Shown here in pieces: positions 31,461 through 40,854 of a DNA stretch of 64,000 nucleotides; within the stretch, counting starts at the first letter, position 1; each line of letters starts with the position of its first letter. The stretch is from Sphingomicrobium sp. GTDB taxonomy: Bacteria; Pseudomonadota; Alphaproteobacteria; Sphingomonadales; Sphingomonadaceae. Below the pieces are notes generated by a model, which saw nothing but the letters and a program-made list of their open reading frames with translations, did not search any database and had not been told where the DNA came from. The stretch covers positions 3,379 to 67,378 of the forward strand of contig JBJMUA010000035.1 of the NCBI GenBank assembly GCA_045811425.1. Reading direction: 5' to 3'. The translations under genes and the position numbers were made by a program.

Positions 31461-31481
31461 GTCGGTCGCGCCTGTAGCGGC

Positions 31482-32369
31482 TCAGTCCGCGGCAAGGAAG
31501 GGGCGGAGCGCGCCCGCGACCTTCTCCGGCGCTTCCCATGGCGCGAAATGGCCCACGCCTTTCAACGGGAAGACCTCTACCTCGTCCCCAACCTCGCCAA
31601 TGCCTTCCAGCTGGCTCGGCAGCAACGCCTTGTCCTCCAGCCCCCAGATGACGCGCACCGGAATATGGAGCTTCGGCACGCCGCGCTCGACCCAGGCCGG
31701 CATCGCCGCTTCCTCGCCGATCGTGGGCACCACGACCTGGCTGGACCGGTACCAGTTGAACATGGCGGTAAGCGCGCCCGGCCGGCTCCAGTCGGCGATG
31801 TAGCGGGCGCGTTCGTCTGGCGTGATCAGCGCCATGTCGACATGCTTCGAAAAGCTCTTTTCGAAGAAATTCTCGATCCCCATCCGCGCCACGCCGGCCT
31901 CCATGCCTGGATCGCGAAAGGCGCGCATATATTGGGACGCGGCGCGCTGGGCATCATCCTCGATCAGGCTCTTCTGGAAGATCATCGGGTGCGGCGAGTT
32001 GATGATCGCCAGCCTGCTGATCCTTGGGTTCCCGCGTAGCGCCGCCGCCCAGGCGATCGCCCCACCCCAATCGTGGCCGACCAGCGCGAACCGGTCGATG
32101 CCGAGCGCGTCCGCAAGCGCGAAAATGTCAGCGATCAATGTATCGGTGGCATAATCGGCGACGTCCTGCGGCCGGTCGCTTTCTCCAAACCCGCGCAGGT
32201 CGGGCATGACCGGGCGGATATGGTCGGCAAGCAGCGGCGCGACCCCGCGCCAGGTGCGATGCGATTCCGGGAAGCCGTGCATCAGGATCGCCGGCGGCCC
32301 ATCCTCCGGCCCCGCCAGCGCGACGTTCATGGCAATGCCGGTCGACAGCGCGACCCTGCGCTGCTCCAT
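31482..32369 (-). CDS. Alpha/beta hydrolase (epoxide hydrolase-like)
   Basis: HGFPE, DLRGFG, GHDWGG nucleophile elbow, C-terminal GH. Confidence 0.88.
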   Translation of the reverse strand: MEQRRVALSTGIAMNVALAGPEDGPPAILMHGFPESHRTWRGVAPLLADHIRPVMPDLRGFGESDRPQDVADYATDTLIADIFALADALGIDRFALVGHDWGGAIAWAAALRGNPRISRLAIINSPHPMIFQKSLIEDDAQRAASQYMRAFRDPGMEAGVARMGIENFFEKSFSKHVDMALITPDERARYIADWSRPGALTAMFNWYRSSQVVVPTIGEEAAMPAWVERGVPKLHIPVRVIWGLEDKALLPSQLEGIGEVGDEVEVFPLKGVGHFAPWEAPEKVAGALRPFLAAD

Positions 32370-33250
32370 CACGGGTAGGTGACCGTCAGCGGCACTTCGG
32401 GCAGCGGGATGAACTCCTCCTCATCGCCCGGTACCAGCGGGAAGCGGCGAGCCTTCCAATCCTCCTTGGCCTGGTTGATCCGGTCCCGCGATGAGGAAAC
32501 GAAATTCCAGAACACATGGCGCTGGGTGGAGAATGCCTCGCCGCCAAGCAGCATGACCCGCGACGGCATTTCCGCCCTCAGGGTCATCGCCTGTCCAGGC
32601 GCCAGCACATACAGGATGAAGGGTTCCAGCCGGTCGCCATCCAGGCTCGCATCGCCCTCGGTCACCAGCACCGCCCGCTCGTCGGTCATCGCATCGATTG
32701 GGATGCTCGATCCGCCACCCAGCAGGATGTCGGCGTAGATCGTCTCGCTATGCTGTGTAACGCCGGCGGTCTTGCCCCACAGCGTGCCCATCAGGACCCG
32801 CGCCGATACGCCCTCGCCCTCGACCAGCGGCAGCGCCGATCCGTCGACATGCTCGAAGGCCGGATCGACCTCCTCCCTGCCGTCCGGCAGGGCCAGCCAG
32901 GTCTGCATGCCGTAGAGCGCCGGGCCTTCCGCCCGAAGTGCCGAGGGAGAGCGTTCCGAGTGAACGATTCCGCTGCCCGCTGTCATCAGGTTGATCGCAC
33001 CCGGCTTGATCACCGCATGGCTGCCGATGCTGTCGCGATGCTCGATCGAGCCTTCGAACAAATAGGTGACCGTGGCGAGGTTGATGTGCGGATGGGGCCT
33101 GACGTCCATGCCCCGGCCAGGCGGCAGTCGCGCCGGGCCGAACTGGTCGACGAAGATGAAGGGCCCCACCATCCGCCGCGGCCTCGACGGCAGGGTGCGC
33201 CGTACCTTGAACTCGCCAAGGTCATGGGTGGTTGGAATGATCGTTTCCAT
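32369..33250 (-). CDS. Pirin family protein
   Basis: GPFIFVD, HPHINLATVTYL, MTAGSGIVHSE, WNFVSS. Confidence 0.92.
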   Translation of the reverse strand: METIIPTTHDLGEFKVRRTLPSRPRRMVGPFIFVDQFGPARLPPGRGMDVRPHPHINLATVTYLFEGSIEHRDSIGSHAVIKPGAINLMTAGSGIVHSERSPSALRAEGPALYGMQTWLALPDGREEVDPAFEHVDGSALPLVEGEGVSARVLMGTLWGKTAGVTQHSETIYADILLGGGSSIPIDAMTDERAVLVTEGDASLDGDRLEPFILYVLAPGQAMTLRAEMPSRVMLLGGEAFSTQRHVFWNFVSSSRDRINQAKEDWKARRFPLVPGDEEEFIPLPEVPLTVTYP

Positions 33251-33537
33251 CAGCCTTCTCCGGGAGCACTGGCTTTGATTGTCAACGCATGGACCCGCTC
33301 GCGCATCAGCTCGCCCAGCGCCGCATGGATTTTCCGTTGCCGCTCCACCCGGTTCAGCCCGGCGAAAGCAGGACTCTCGATGATCAGCGCGAAATGGCTT
33401 TCGCCGCGTGGATCGTGACCGGCATGGCCGACATGCTGATGGCTCTGATCCTCCAGCTCGAGGCGGGTGGGGGCAAGCGCAGCGGTCAGCCGCTCGATCA
33501 TTTCCCTGGCGACAGGTCCGGTGGCGATGGCGGGCAT
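33250..33537 (-). CDS. bolA: BolA family protein
   Basis: DQSHQHVGH, ESHF, F.GLNRVERQR, VHAL. Confidence 0.9.
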   Translation of the reverse strand: MPAIATGPVAREMIERLTAALAPTRLELEDQSHQHVGHAGHDPRGESHFALIIESPAFAGLNRVERQRKIHAALGELMRERVHALTIKASAPGEG

Positions 33538-33681
33538 CGCTCCTATATAGAGAGGTTTCGACAGTGAGGAAGCGATGCAGATCCTGGTGACCAAGGGCAG
33601 CCAAGCCGACTGGATCGAGGCACGCCGCGAAGCGAGCGTGGCCCATGAAAATCTGCAGCACGAAAGGTGGCATCTGGCGGC

Positions 33682-34248
33682 ATGAGGGCGACCAAGTTTC
33701 ATGGCCGGGTCGAAGGGTCGCACAATCGCTGCTCGGTTCGCGGCTGCCGCGAGCCGGGAGAATTCCGCGCGCCACTGACTCCTTCCGATTTCGACGGCCC
33801 GGGCAGCTGGCGCTGGTTTTGCCTCGAGCATGTGCGCGAGCATAATGCGAAGTATAATTTCTTCGAAGGGATGAGCCCCGAGGAGATCCAGGCAGCGCAG
33901 TCGCCGATAGCCGGCTGGGAAAGGGAAACCCGCGCCTTCGCTCACGCCGGTGCCGATGCGGGGCCCGCCTGGCGCGAATTCGTCGATCCGCTCGACGCGA
34001 TCTCGGCACGCTTTCGCCCTGAAGCGCGACGTCGCGCGGTCGATCGCTTCACCGCCAGGGAGCGGCATGCGCTTGGGGTCATGGGGCTTCGGGACGACAC
34101 CGACCTCCACCGGGTGCGCAGGCGCTACTCGGAACTGGTCCGCCTGTACCATCCCGACCGCAACGGCGGCGATCGGTCGCTGGAAAAGAAGCTGAGCGAG
34201 GTTATCGAGGCATGGCAGGTGCTCAAAAGCGCTGCGGCCTTCACATGA
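33682..34248 (+). CDS. C-terminal J-domain protein
   Basis: GEFRAP, WFCLEHVREHNAKYNFF, YHPDRNGGD. Confidence 0.85.
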   Translation: MRATKFHGRVEGSHNRCSVRGCREPGEFRAPLTPSDFDGPGSWRWFCLEHVREHNAKYNFFEGMSPEEIQAAQSPIAGWERETRAFAHAGADAGPAWREFVDPLDAISARFRPEARRRAVDRFTARERHALGVMGLRDDTDLHRVRRRYSELVRLYHPDRNGGDRSLEKKLSEVIEAWQVLKSAAAFT

Positions 34249-34544
34249 CGCACCTTCGGTTATGGCGTTTCGAGGTTTCCGAACAGCATGAGGATCGGTT
34301 CCTCTCGGCGTACCGGGCCGAAGGCGATTGGGCGAAGCTGTTCGCCACGGCGCAAGGCTTTATCCGGACCGAGCTATGGCGAGATGGGGACGGGATCTAC
34401 CTGACGGCGGATTATTGGGAGTCGGTGACTGCGTTCCAAGCATTCCAGGCCATTCAGGGCGAGGAATATCGCCGGCTCGACGCGCAATTGGAGGGCGTCG
34501 CCGGGATCGAGACGTTTCTCGGAGCCTTCGACCTCGTCGACTAG
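34245..34544 (+). CDS. Antibiotic biosynthesis monooxygenase-like protein
   Basis: F...Y...GDWAKLF...GF..TEL...YLT.DYWES; ATGA coupling. Confidence 0.7.
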   Translation: MTHLRLWRFEVSEQHEDRFLSAYRAEGDWAKLFATAQGFIRTELWRDGDGIYLTADYWESVTAFQAFQAIQGEEYRRLDAQLEGVAGIETFLGAFDLVD

Positions 34545-35746
34545 CCCCTCCAGCGCGCCACGCGTTCGATCCAGCCGCCGTGGAACGAACCCCATTCCCA
34601 GATTGCGATCAACAGGAAGAGGACCGTTGCGCCCATGTGCAGCACCAGCGGCTGCGGTGGCAGGAGCAGCGCCCAGGCGCCCAGCAGGCCGAACAGGATG
34701 AGACCGGCCAGATGGGAAAGCGGCCAGAATTTCTGCCCGCTGGTCAGCCGCTTGAAGATCATCATCCCGCCAATGAACAGGCAGGATCCACCAACCAGCG
34801 CGGCAACGAAAAAGGGTTCGAGATGGCCTGCCGGATGCATCAGCACCTGCTCGTCCGCGACTGCCAGGACGATGATTCCGGCAACAATCGGGATATGGCC
34901 GTAGGTATAGGCTTCGCGGCCGATCAGCCCGGGCCGGTCGTCATGTTCGATCATCTCGCTGCCGCGCCGCGCCCCGACGTCGAAATAGATCCACCACATC
35001 GCAACTGAGCCGATGAAGGCACTGAGAAAGGCCAGGATAGCTTCACGGGATGGCGGCAGGTCCGCGAAGGTTGCGCCGGAGACAATGATCCCTTCGCCCA
35101 GCGCGATAATGATGAACAACGAGCATCGCTCGGCCATATGTGCGCCGCTGATGACCCATTCCTGCGGAGTCGATCGGCCGAGGCCCGGCACATAGAAAAA
35201 GGTCCATGGGCCAGCCGCCTCGATGGCAAGTGCGCCCGTCCACCAGATCATCCGCCTCATTGGGTCCGGATCCAGCGCCCCCGCGACCCATGGGATTGCG
35301 GAGAGGATGAAGTAAATGGTCGCCCTGCCCATATTGGTGGACGGACCGTGGGGAAAATCTTCCCTCGCCCAGGCGGTATAGGCAGTGCGGCCAATCTGGA
35401 TCGTGACATAGGCCAGCGCAAAGGGAAGGCCATATTGCCCGAAGGCTTCCGGGATGGCGGTGGATAGCACCAGGCTGAGCAGCGCGATCAGGATCAGGCA
35501 GAGCCGTACCGGTGTCCTGTCTGGATCAAGCCAGTTCGTCGCCCAGGCGGTGTAGATCCACGCCCACCACACCGCCAGGAACATCAGCAACGTCTGCAGC
35601 GCGCCGACTATCGTGTGATGGAGCAGCAGATAGTGCGAAAGCTGGGTGACCGCGAAGACGAACATCAGGTCGAAGAACAGCTCCATCGCGCTGACGCTGT
35701 GGTCGACCCGTTCGCGGCCGTCGCGAAGATGGGAATGGCGGGGCAT
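34541..35746 (-). CDS. ltrA: Low temperature requirement protein A family
   Basis: ELFFDLMFVFAVTQ, WWAW, HMAERCSLFIIIALGE, WWIYF. Confidence 0.88.
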   Translation of the reverse strand: MPRHSHLRDGRERVDHSVSAMELFFDLMFVFAVTQLSHYLLLHHTIVGALQTLLMFLAVWWAWIYTAWATNWLDPDRTPVRLCLILIALLSLVLSTAIPEAFGQYGLPFALAYVTIQIGRTAYTAWAREDFPHGPSTNMGRATIYFILSAIPWVAGALDPDPMRRMIWWTGALAIEAAGPWTFFYVPGLGRSTPQEWVISGAHMAERCSLFIIIALGEGIIVSGATFADLPPSREAILAFLSAFIGSVAMWWIYFDVGARRGSEMIEHDDRPGLIGREAYTYGHIPIVAGIIVLAVADEQVLMHPAGHLEPFFVAALVGGSCLFIGGMMIFKRLTSGQKFWPLSHLAGLILFGLLGAWALLLPPQPLVLHMGATVLFLLIAIWEWGSFHGGWIERVARWRG

Positions 35747-35783
35747 CGGCGCATCAGGCGCAAATCCGCCCGAAACGCAAGGC

Positions 35784-36437
35784 TCAGTCTCGGTCGGGAG
35801 CGCCCAGCGGGAACAATGGACGATAGGGCCGGGCCTCCTCGACGCAGCGAACTACCGGCGGCAGCGCCAGCAACTCGGCACGCAGCGCCGACACGCGCGG
35901 GCAGTCGCCGGGGATCCGCTCGATCCAGTCGGCGTAGAATAGCGACGGGGCGGCGGCGCAGGTGACCAGCGAGACATTGGGCGGCAATGAATTGCTGCCC
36001 AGCCACGCCTCGATCCAGCGATAGGCGCGGAGCAGACCCTCCTTGCCGCCGGCTACTTCGGCCGGGTCGGGGCTTTCCATATTGGCGATGTAGGCGCCCA
36101 CCACCCGCTGCACGTTCGCCATGACATAATTGTCGAACACCCGGTCGATCATCCGCGTCGTCGCTGCTTTCGCCGGGTCGGCCGGGATCAACGGCGCATC
36201 GCCGGGATAGTGGACCGCAAGATGCTCGATGATCGCGGTCGCCTCGATCACCGTGCCGCCGCTATCGGCCAACACCGGAAACTTGCCGGCCGGATGCGTC
36301 CCCGCGACGAACGCATTATTCTCTGGGTGGTCAGGGCCCACTCCGCGGAATTCGAACTCGGTCCCGTTCGCATAGAGCGGGATCAGCGCCTTCCAGGTGT
36401 AGGATGAGAAGGGGTGGCCGTAGAGCTGCAGGCTCAT
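35784..36437 (-). CDS. Glutathione S-transferase family protein
   Basis: LYGHPFSSYTWK, GKFPVL, IEATAIIEHL. Confidence 0.85.
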   Translation of the reverse strand: MSLQLYGHPFSSYTWKALIPLYANGTEFEFRGVGPDHPENNAFVAGTHPAGKFPVLADSGGTVIEATAIIEHLAVHYPGDAPLIPADPAKAATTRMIDRVFDNYVMANVQRVVGAYIANMESPDPAEVAGGKEGLLRAYRWIEAWLGSNSLPPNVSLVTCAAAPSLFYADWIERIPGDCPRVSALRAELLALPPVVRCVEEARPYRPLFPLGAPDRD

Positions 36438-37096
36438 GCCTCTTCTTTCGCCCATTTCTCCCGACGCTCAAGCTCGGCCTCGCTCGGCGGCTTGGTCTCG
36501 AAGCTACCGGTCGGAACTTCGCCGGCCGGCTCGTAGGCAGCAATGACGACGCCTTTGTCCGACACGAAATGGTCGAGCAGCTTGAGCGCTCCGGGCTCCT
36601 CCGTTCCGTCGAAAATCCGTTTGCCTTTGCCAAGCAGGACCGGGAAAGTCATCAGGACCAGCTTGTCGATCAGGCCCGCGGCGAGCAGCGGCACGTAAAG
36701 CGTGCTGCTGCCCTGGATCAAAAGGTCGCGGCCGTCGCTTCGCTTTAGTTCGGCCACTGCAGCGGCCAAGTCGCCCGAGATCTTGTAGCTGTTCTGCCAG
36801 CTGAGCGGCTCATCCGAATGGGTCAGCACATATTTGTTGATGCGCTGGAATTTCTCGCCGATCGGATTGTCCTGATTGTACGGCCAGTACGCGGAAAAAA
36901 TGTCGTAGGTCCGCTTGCCGAGCAGCAGGTCATACTCGCCCATGATAACGTCTTCGAACGGGCCCATGTCTTCACCCCAGAAGGGTGCGACCCAGCCGCC
37001 GAAGCGGAAATTGCTGGTCGGATCCTCCTCCGGCCCCCCCGGCGCCTGCATGACGCCATCGAGGGACTGAAAGACAGCGCCGGTCAGCTTACGCAT
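36434..37096 (-). CDS. Dihydrofolate reductase/RibD C-terminal family protein
   Basis: SLDGVMQAPGG, LLGKRTY, IQGSSTL, PVLLGKGKRIF. Confidence 0.87.
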   Translation of the reverse strand: MRKLTGAVFQSLDGVMQAPGGPEEDPTSNFRFGGWVAPFWGEDMGPFEDVIMGEYDLLLGKRTYDIFSAYWPYNQDNPIGEKFQRINKYVLTHSDEPLSWQNSYKISGDLAAAVAELKRSDGRDLLIQGSSTLYVPLLAAGLIDKLVLMTFPVLLGKGKRIFDGTEEPGALKLLDHFVSDKGVVIAAYEPAGEVPTGSFETKPPSEAELERREKWAKEEA

Positions 37097-37586
37097 TGAC
37101 CGCCTCTCCTTTGACCGCCGCCTCGATCTTGGCGATGTCGATCTTCTGCATCGTCATCATCGCCGCGAAGGCGCGCTGGGCAGCAGCCTTGTCCGGACTG
37201 GTCGTCGCATCGAGCAGCACGCGCGGGGTGATCTGCCAGGAGAAGCCCCACTTGTCCTTGCACCAGCCGCAGGCGCTTTCGGCGCCGCCATTGCCGACGA
37301 TCGCATTCCAGTAGCGGTCGGTCTCTTCCTGATCTTCCGTCACGACCATGAAGCTTACGGCCTCATTGGGCTTGAAGTTGGGGCCGCCGTTGAGGCCGAC
37401 GAAGGATTGACCGAGCACGGTAAACTCCACCGTCAATTCCTCGCCTTCCTCGCCGCCAGGAAAGTCGGACACCGCCTCATGGCGGGCGCCGACCTTCGTA
37501 TCGGGGAAAACCGATGCATAGAATTCGGCCGCCTTGCGCGCTTCGCCCTTGTCGAACCACAGGCAGGTGGTGAGCTTGTTTGCCAT
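37089..37586 (-). CDS. VOC family protein (PhnB-like)
   Basis: CLWFD, LNGGP.F, CGWCKDKWGFSWQI. Confidence 0.87.
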   Translation of the reverse strand: MANKLTTCLWFDKGEARKAAEFYASVFPDTKVGARHEAVSDFPGGEEGEELTVEFTVLGQSFVGLNGGPNFKPNEAVSFMVVTEDQEETDRYWNAIVGNGGAESACGWCKDKWGFSWQITPRVLLDATTSPDKAAAQRAFAAMMTMQKIDIAKIEAAVKGEAVNA

Positions 37587-37598
37587 TGTCCTTGCTCC

Positions 37599-38423
37599 TT
37601 ATGCTTTGCCGACCAGGGCGAACTCGGCGCCCTGCGGGTCATGTCCGATGATGATGTAGTCGCCGCCGGGGACTTCCATCGGGCCCGTGGCAATACTGCC
37701 GCCGGCCGATTTGGCAGCTTCGGCCGCCTTCGAAACCGACGGGACCCGGATGTAATAGCGCCAGCCAGGATGCCCGCCTGGCATGACTCCGCAGACCGCG
37801 CCGATGGTCCTATCGGCATGGGCGAAGAATCGATATTCGCCCGCCTCGCCCATCGGCATGAACTCCTCGCTGGTCCAGCCGAACATCTCGCCATAGAATG
37901 TCCGCGCCGCGCCTGGATCGCCAGTGCTGAGTTCGTTCCAGGCGACCCGCTGCTCCTCGGTCGGCGAAAATACGTCGCTTTGCTTGTCTTCCTGCCCGGC
38001 CGGCGGAACCGGCTTCATCACGTAGAAGGGATTGCCCTGTGGGTCGGAGACCATGGCAATGCGGCCCTGGGGTATGTCGAACGCGGGCATCAGTGCCTTG
38101 CCGCCGCGCCTTTCGATTTCGGTGACAGTCGCGTCGACGTCGTCCACACCGATGTATCCCATCCAGATCGGCTTGGCGCCGTGGCCTCGCATCTCGTCAG
38201 TCAATCCGAGGACACCGCCCAGGCTGCCGCCATCGCTACGATTGATGATGCGATAGTCCTGCTCACCTGGCAGCCGTTCGCCGAATTTCAATCCCGGCAC
38301 AACGGCCTCGTAAAAGCCACTTGCGCCATCGGGGTCGGTCGTCATCAACTCATACCAGATATGGCTGCCCTGCAGCTTGGAATGGTCGGCAGTCGCCGGC
38401 GCCGCCTCAAGAGTGTCGGTCAT
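37599..38423 (-). CDS. Two-domain VOC/glyoxalase family protein
   Basis: WYELMTTD, DPQGNPF, WNELST, DPQGAEF. Confidence 0.87.
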   Translation of the reverse strand: MTDTLEAAPATADHSKLQGSHIWYELMTTDPDGASGFYEAVVPGLKFGERLPGEQDYRIINRSDGGSLGGVLGLTDEMRGHGAKPIWMGYIGVDDVDATVTEIERRGGKALMPAFDIPQGRIAMVSDPQGNPFYVMKPVPPAGQEDKQSDVFSPTEEQRVAWNELSTGDPGAARTFYGEMFGWTSEEFMPMGEAGEYRFFAHADRTIGAVCGVMPGGHPGWRYYIRVPSVSKAAEAAKSAGGSIATGPMEVPGGDYIIIGHDPQGAEFALVGKA

Positions 38424-38501
38424 GGGTCATTCTCCAGGGGTTGGACGTCTACGCGAAACCGAGCGGCCCTGAACCGAGCCGCCCGGTTCCTTCGATCGAG
38501 G

Positions 38502-39239
38502 TCAGGCGATCGCGGGCTCTTGCTTGGCCGAATCGAAGATCGGTTCGAAGCCGCCCCAGAACATCCGCTGACCAGCAAAAGGCATCTCGCCTTCGGGCTT
38601 CAGGCTTTCGTCCGCCATGATGGCCTGCCAAGCCTTGTCGCGCGTTTCCTTGTCGGGCCACTCGATGAAGGAAAAGACGACCTTTTCGTCACCTTCCGCC
38701 TTCACGGCCCGATAGAAGTCGGTGACTTCGCCCTTGGGAACGTCATCCGTAAATGCCTCGACGACGCGGTTCGCACCGTGCTGGCGGAAAACCTTCGCCA
38801 TTTTTGCCGCCATTTCACGATAGGCGTCACGCTTGCCTTCCGGCACGGGCACGACGAATCCGTCGGTATAGCCGCCCTGCCCGCTGCCTTCCTCCACGAT
38901 CGCGTCGAAGCCGCCCATGATCATGCGCTTGCCATCGAAGGGCATGTTGGCGCCCAATTCCTTCATGCGGTCGTCGCTGCGCATCTTCTCATTGGCAGCG
39001 TCGCGAGCCGCCTTGTCGGGATATTCGAACCAGGAGAAAACCACCTTCTCGTCAGGCTTGGCGGCGACCGCCGTGCGGAAGTCCGTGGTCTTTCCCTCGG
39101 GGACATCGCTGTCCCAGGCTTCGAAATGGCGCGTGACGCCCAGCTCCTTGAAGAGGGGCGCGGCATCCGCGGCGCTCTTGCGATAGGCCTCCTTGTTGGC
39201 CTCGGGCACGGGAACCACAAATCCTTCAAAATAGGTCAT
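38502..39239 (-). CDS. Tandem DUF1428 (YbaA-like) protein
   Basis: Two copies of Y.xGFVVPVPE...DVPxG..TDF...VVFS...MPFxGxRM..GGF. Confidence 0.88.
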   Translation of the reverse strand: MTYFEGFVVPVPEANKEAYRKSAADAAPLFKELGVTRHFEAWDSDVPEGKTTDFRTAVAAKPDEKVVFSWFEYPDKAARDAANEKMRSDDRMKELGANMPFDGKRMIMGGFDAIVEEGSGQGGYTDGFVVPVPEGKRDAYREMAAKMAKVFRQHGANRVVEAFTDDVPKGEVTDFYRAVKAEGDEKVVFSFIEWPDKETRDKAWQAIMADESLKPEGEMPFAGQRMFWGGFEPIFDSAKQEPAIA

Positions 39240-39913
39240 GCTGCCTCTCCTTCCGGTTCATGCTGCTTATAGGTGGCCAGCTGATCGTTGAGTGCGCGCT
39301 GGAAGGCCGGACGGGCCTCACCTCGGCGGACAAAATCGGCAAGATTGGGAAACTCGGCAACCAGGTTCGTGTGGCGCAGGAAGCGCAGCACCGTGACCAT
39401 GAGGAGGTCGCCGATCGAGAAACGGTCGCCTTCCAGCCACTGTTTGTCGCCCAGCCAGTCGGCCACGCGCGTGAGCTTCAACCTGGCGAATTCCTCGGCG
39501 CCGGGACGGCGAAGCTTCGCCCATTCCTCGCCGGTGAAAAAAATGTCGATCAGCAGGAGGTTCATCAGGGCCGGTTCGACGCTATTGAGCGCGGCATAGG
39601 TCCATTGGATCGCGCGATACTTGCCTTGCGGATCGCGAGGCAGCAGCGCTTCGCTCTTTTCGCCGACATACTGAGCGATCGCACCGCTTTCGAAGATGCT
39701 GACATTGCCGTCGCGAAGGATCGGCACCTGGTCGAACGGCTGTTCCTGCAGATATTCGGGCGGCCGCTGCTGATCCAGCAGGCGGACGCGATAGTCGAGT
39801 CCGGCTTCTTCAAGCGCCCATCGGGCGCGCAGGTCCCGCACCACGCCTTGCGCAAATTCGGGTACCCATCGGAATGCCGTGATTTCGATCGGCGCGTTGT
39901 CGTTCACTGCCAT
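39236..39913 (-). CDS. Glutathione S-transferase family protein
   Basis: RDLRARWALEEAG, QPFDQVP, IFESGAI, FSIGDL. Confidence 0.88.
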   Translation of the reverse strand: MAVNDNAPIEITAFRWVPEFAQGVVRDLRARWALEEAGLDYRVRLLDQQRPPEYLQEQPFDQVPILRDGNVSIFESGAIAQYVGEKSEALLPRDPQGKYRAIQWTYAALNSVEPALMNLLLIDIFFTGEEWAKLRRPGAEEFARLKLTRVADWLGDKQWLEGDRFSIGDLLMVTVLRFLRHTNLVAEFPNLADFVRRGEARPAFQRALNDQLATYKQHEPEGEAA

Positions 39914-39916
39914 CCT

Positions 39917-40063
39917 TCAAGCCTCCTCAAATGCCGCTGCGCGATGCACCTGGCCAGCCCCATGCGCATCGGCAATCGGCTTGCGGGTGAACGTCGAATA
40001 GGAGTCGAGTTTCAGCATCATGACATGGATCGCGTCCGACAGGACGAAGGTCCTCTTCGACAT
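39917..40063 (-). pseudogene. Internally deleted VOC/glyoxalase remnant (48 aa)
   Basis: GGGAGG RBS; MSKRTFV-LSDAIHVMML...FTRKPIADAH...AAAFEEA resembles joined pieces of a glyoxalase-like protein. Confidence 0.5.
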
Positions 40064-40114
40064 CGCGAATTTGCCTCCCTTGCGACTCGATTCGCCTTGA
40101 ATGTTGGCTCGTTA

Positions 40115-40152
40115 AGTTATAAAATGCAACTATGCAGTTAGAAAATGTAACT
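40115..40152. promoter_or_regulatory. Twin palindromic operator in the divergent promoter
   Basis: AGTTATAAAATGCAACT (40115-40131) and AGTTAGAAAATGTAACT (40136-40152), each AGTT-N9-AACT, 21-bp period. Confidence 0.7.
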
Positions 40153-40821
40153 ACAACGGGACGAAGTGACGACAAACGGCGTTACGACGATGCCTGCGCC
40201 GCGGCGCATGGCATGGATTTGATCGGCGAGCGCTGGTCGATGCCCTTGATACGCGAGCTGCTGCTTGGACCCCGCCGGTTCGGCGACCTGAAAACGAGCC
40301 TGAACGGAATTAGTGCCAATGTTTTGACCCAGCGCCTGGAGGGGCTGGAGGCGGCCGGGGTCCTGTTCCGCAGGAGGCTGCCGCCGCCGGCGTCGGTGCA
40401 GGTCTATGAATTGACGCCATGGGGCTATGAAGCAGCGCCGATCTTCCAGGCACTCGGCCGCTGGGCGGTACGCAGCCCCTATCACGACCCGTCGCGGCCG
40501 TTCAGCCCGGTGTCGCTGATGCTGTCCCTGCGCACCATGCTAAGCCCGGTTGCCGCCGGAGACCTCAAGGCGCAAATCCAGCTGTTCATGAACGGCGAAC
40601 CCTTCTTCTGGGTGCGCAACCGGAAGGGCGAGATCCGGATCGGGCGCGGTGAAATCGAGGACCCCGACCTCGTCATCCGGGGGACTCCAAGCGCCATCGC
40701 CGGCTACGTCTACGCCGGTGCGCCACTTGCCTCGATCCAGGTCGAAGGTAGTTTGAAGCTGGCCGCGAAGCTTCCTGGATTATTCCCGATGCCGGAAAAG
40801 GCGAGATTATCGGCCGCTTGA
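40132..40821 (+). CDS. HxlR family winged-HTH regulator with C-terminal SCP2-like domain
   Basis: YDDACAAAHGMDLIGERW, GPRRFGDL, LTQRL, YELTPWG. Confidence 0.88.
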   Translation: MQLENVTTTGRSDDKRRYDDACAAAHGMDLIGERWSMPLIRELLLGPRRFGDLKTSLNGISANVLTQRLEGLEAAGVLFRRRLPPPASVQVYELTPWGYEAAPIFQALGRWAVRSPYHDPSRPFSPVSLMLSLRTMLSPVAAGDLKAQIQLFMNGEPFFWVRNRKGEIRIGRGEIEDPDLVIRGTPSAIAGYVYAGAPLASIQVEGSLKLAAKLPGLFPMPEKARLSAA

Positions 40822-40854
40822 GGCGGTTTGCCGAAACGCCTAAGGCGGCGGGCC

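Noticed and set aside
32369-34152. Long N-terminal extensions or apparent fusions of pirin, BolA and similar track ORFs
   Set aside because: Artefacts of first-start calling; the conserved domains begin at downstream starts
38455-38490. Stem-loop between DUF1428 and VOC genes as an ncRNA
   Set aside because: Single hairpin inside an operon; more simply an mRNA stability or processing element
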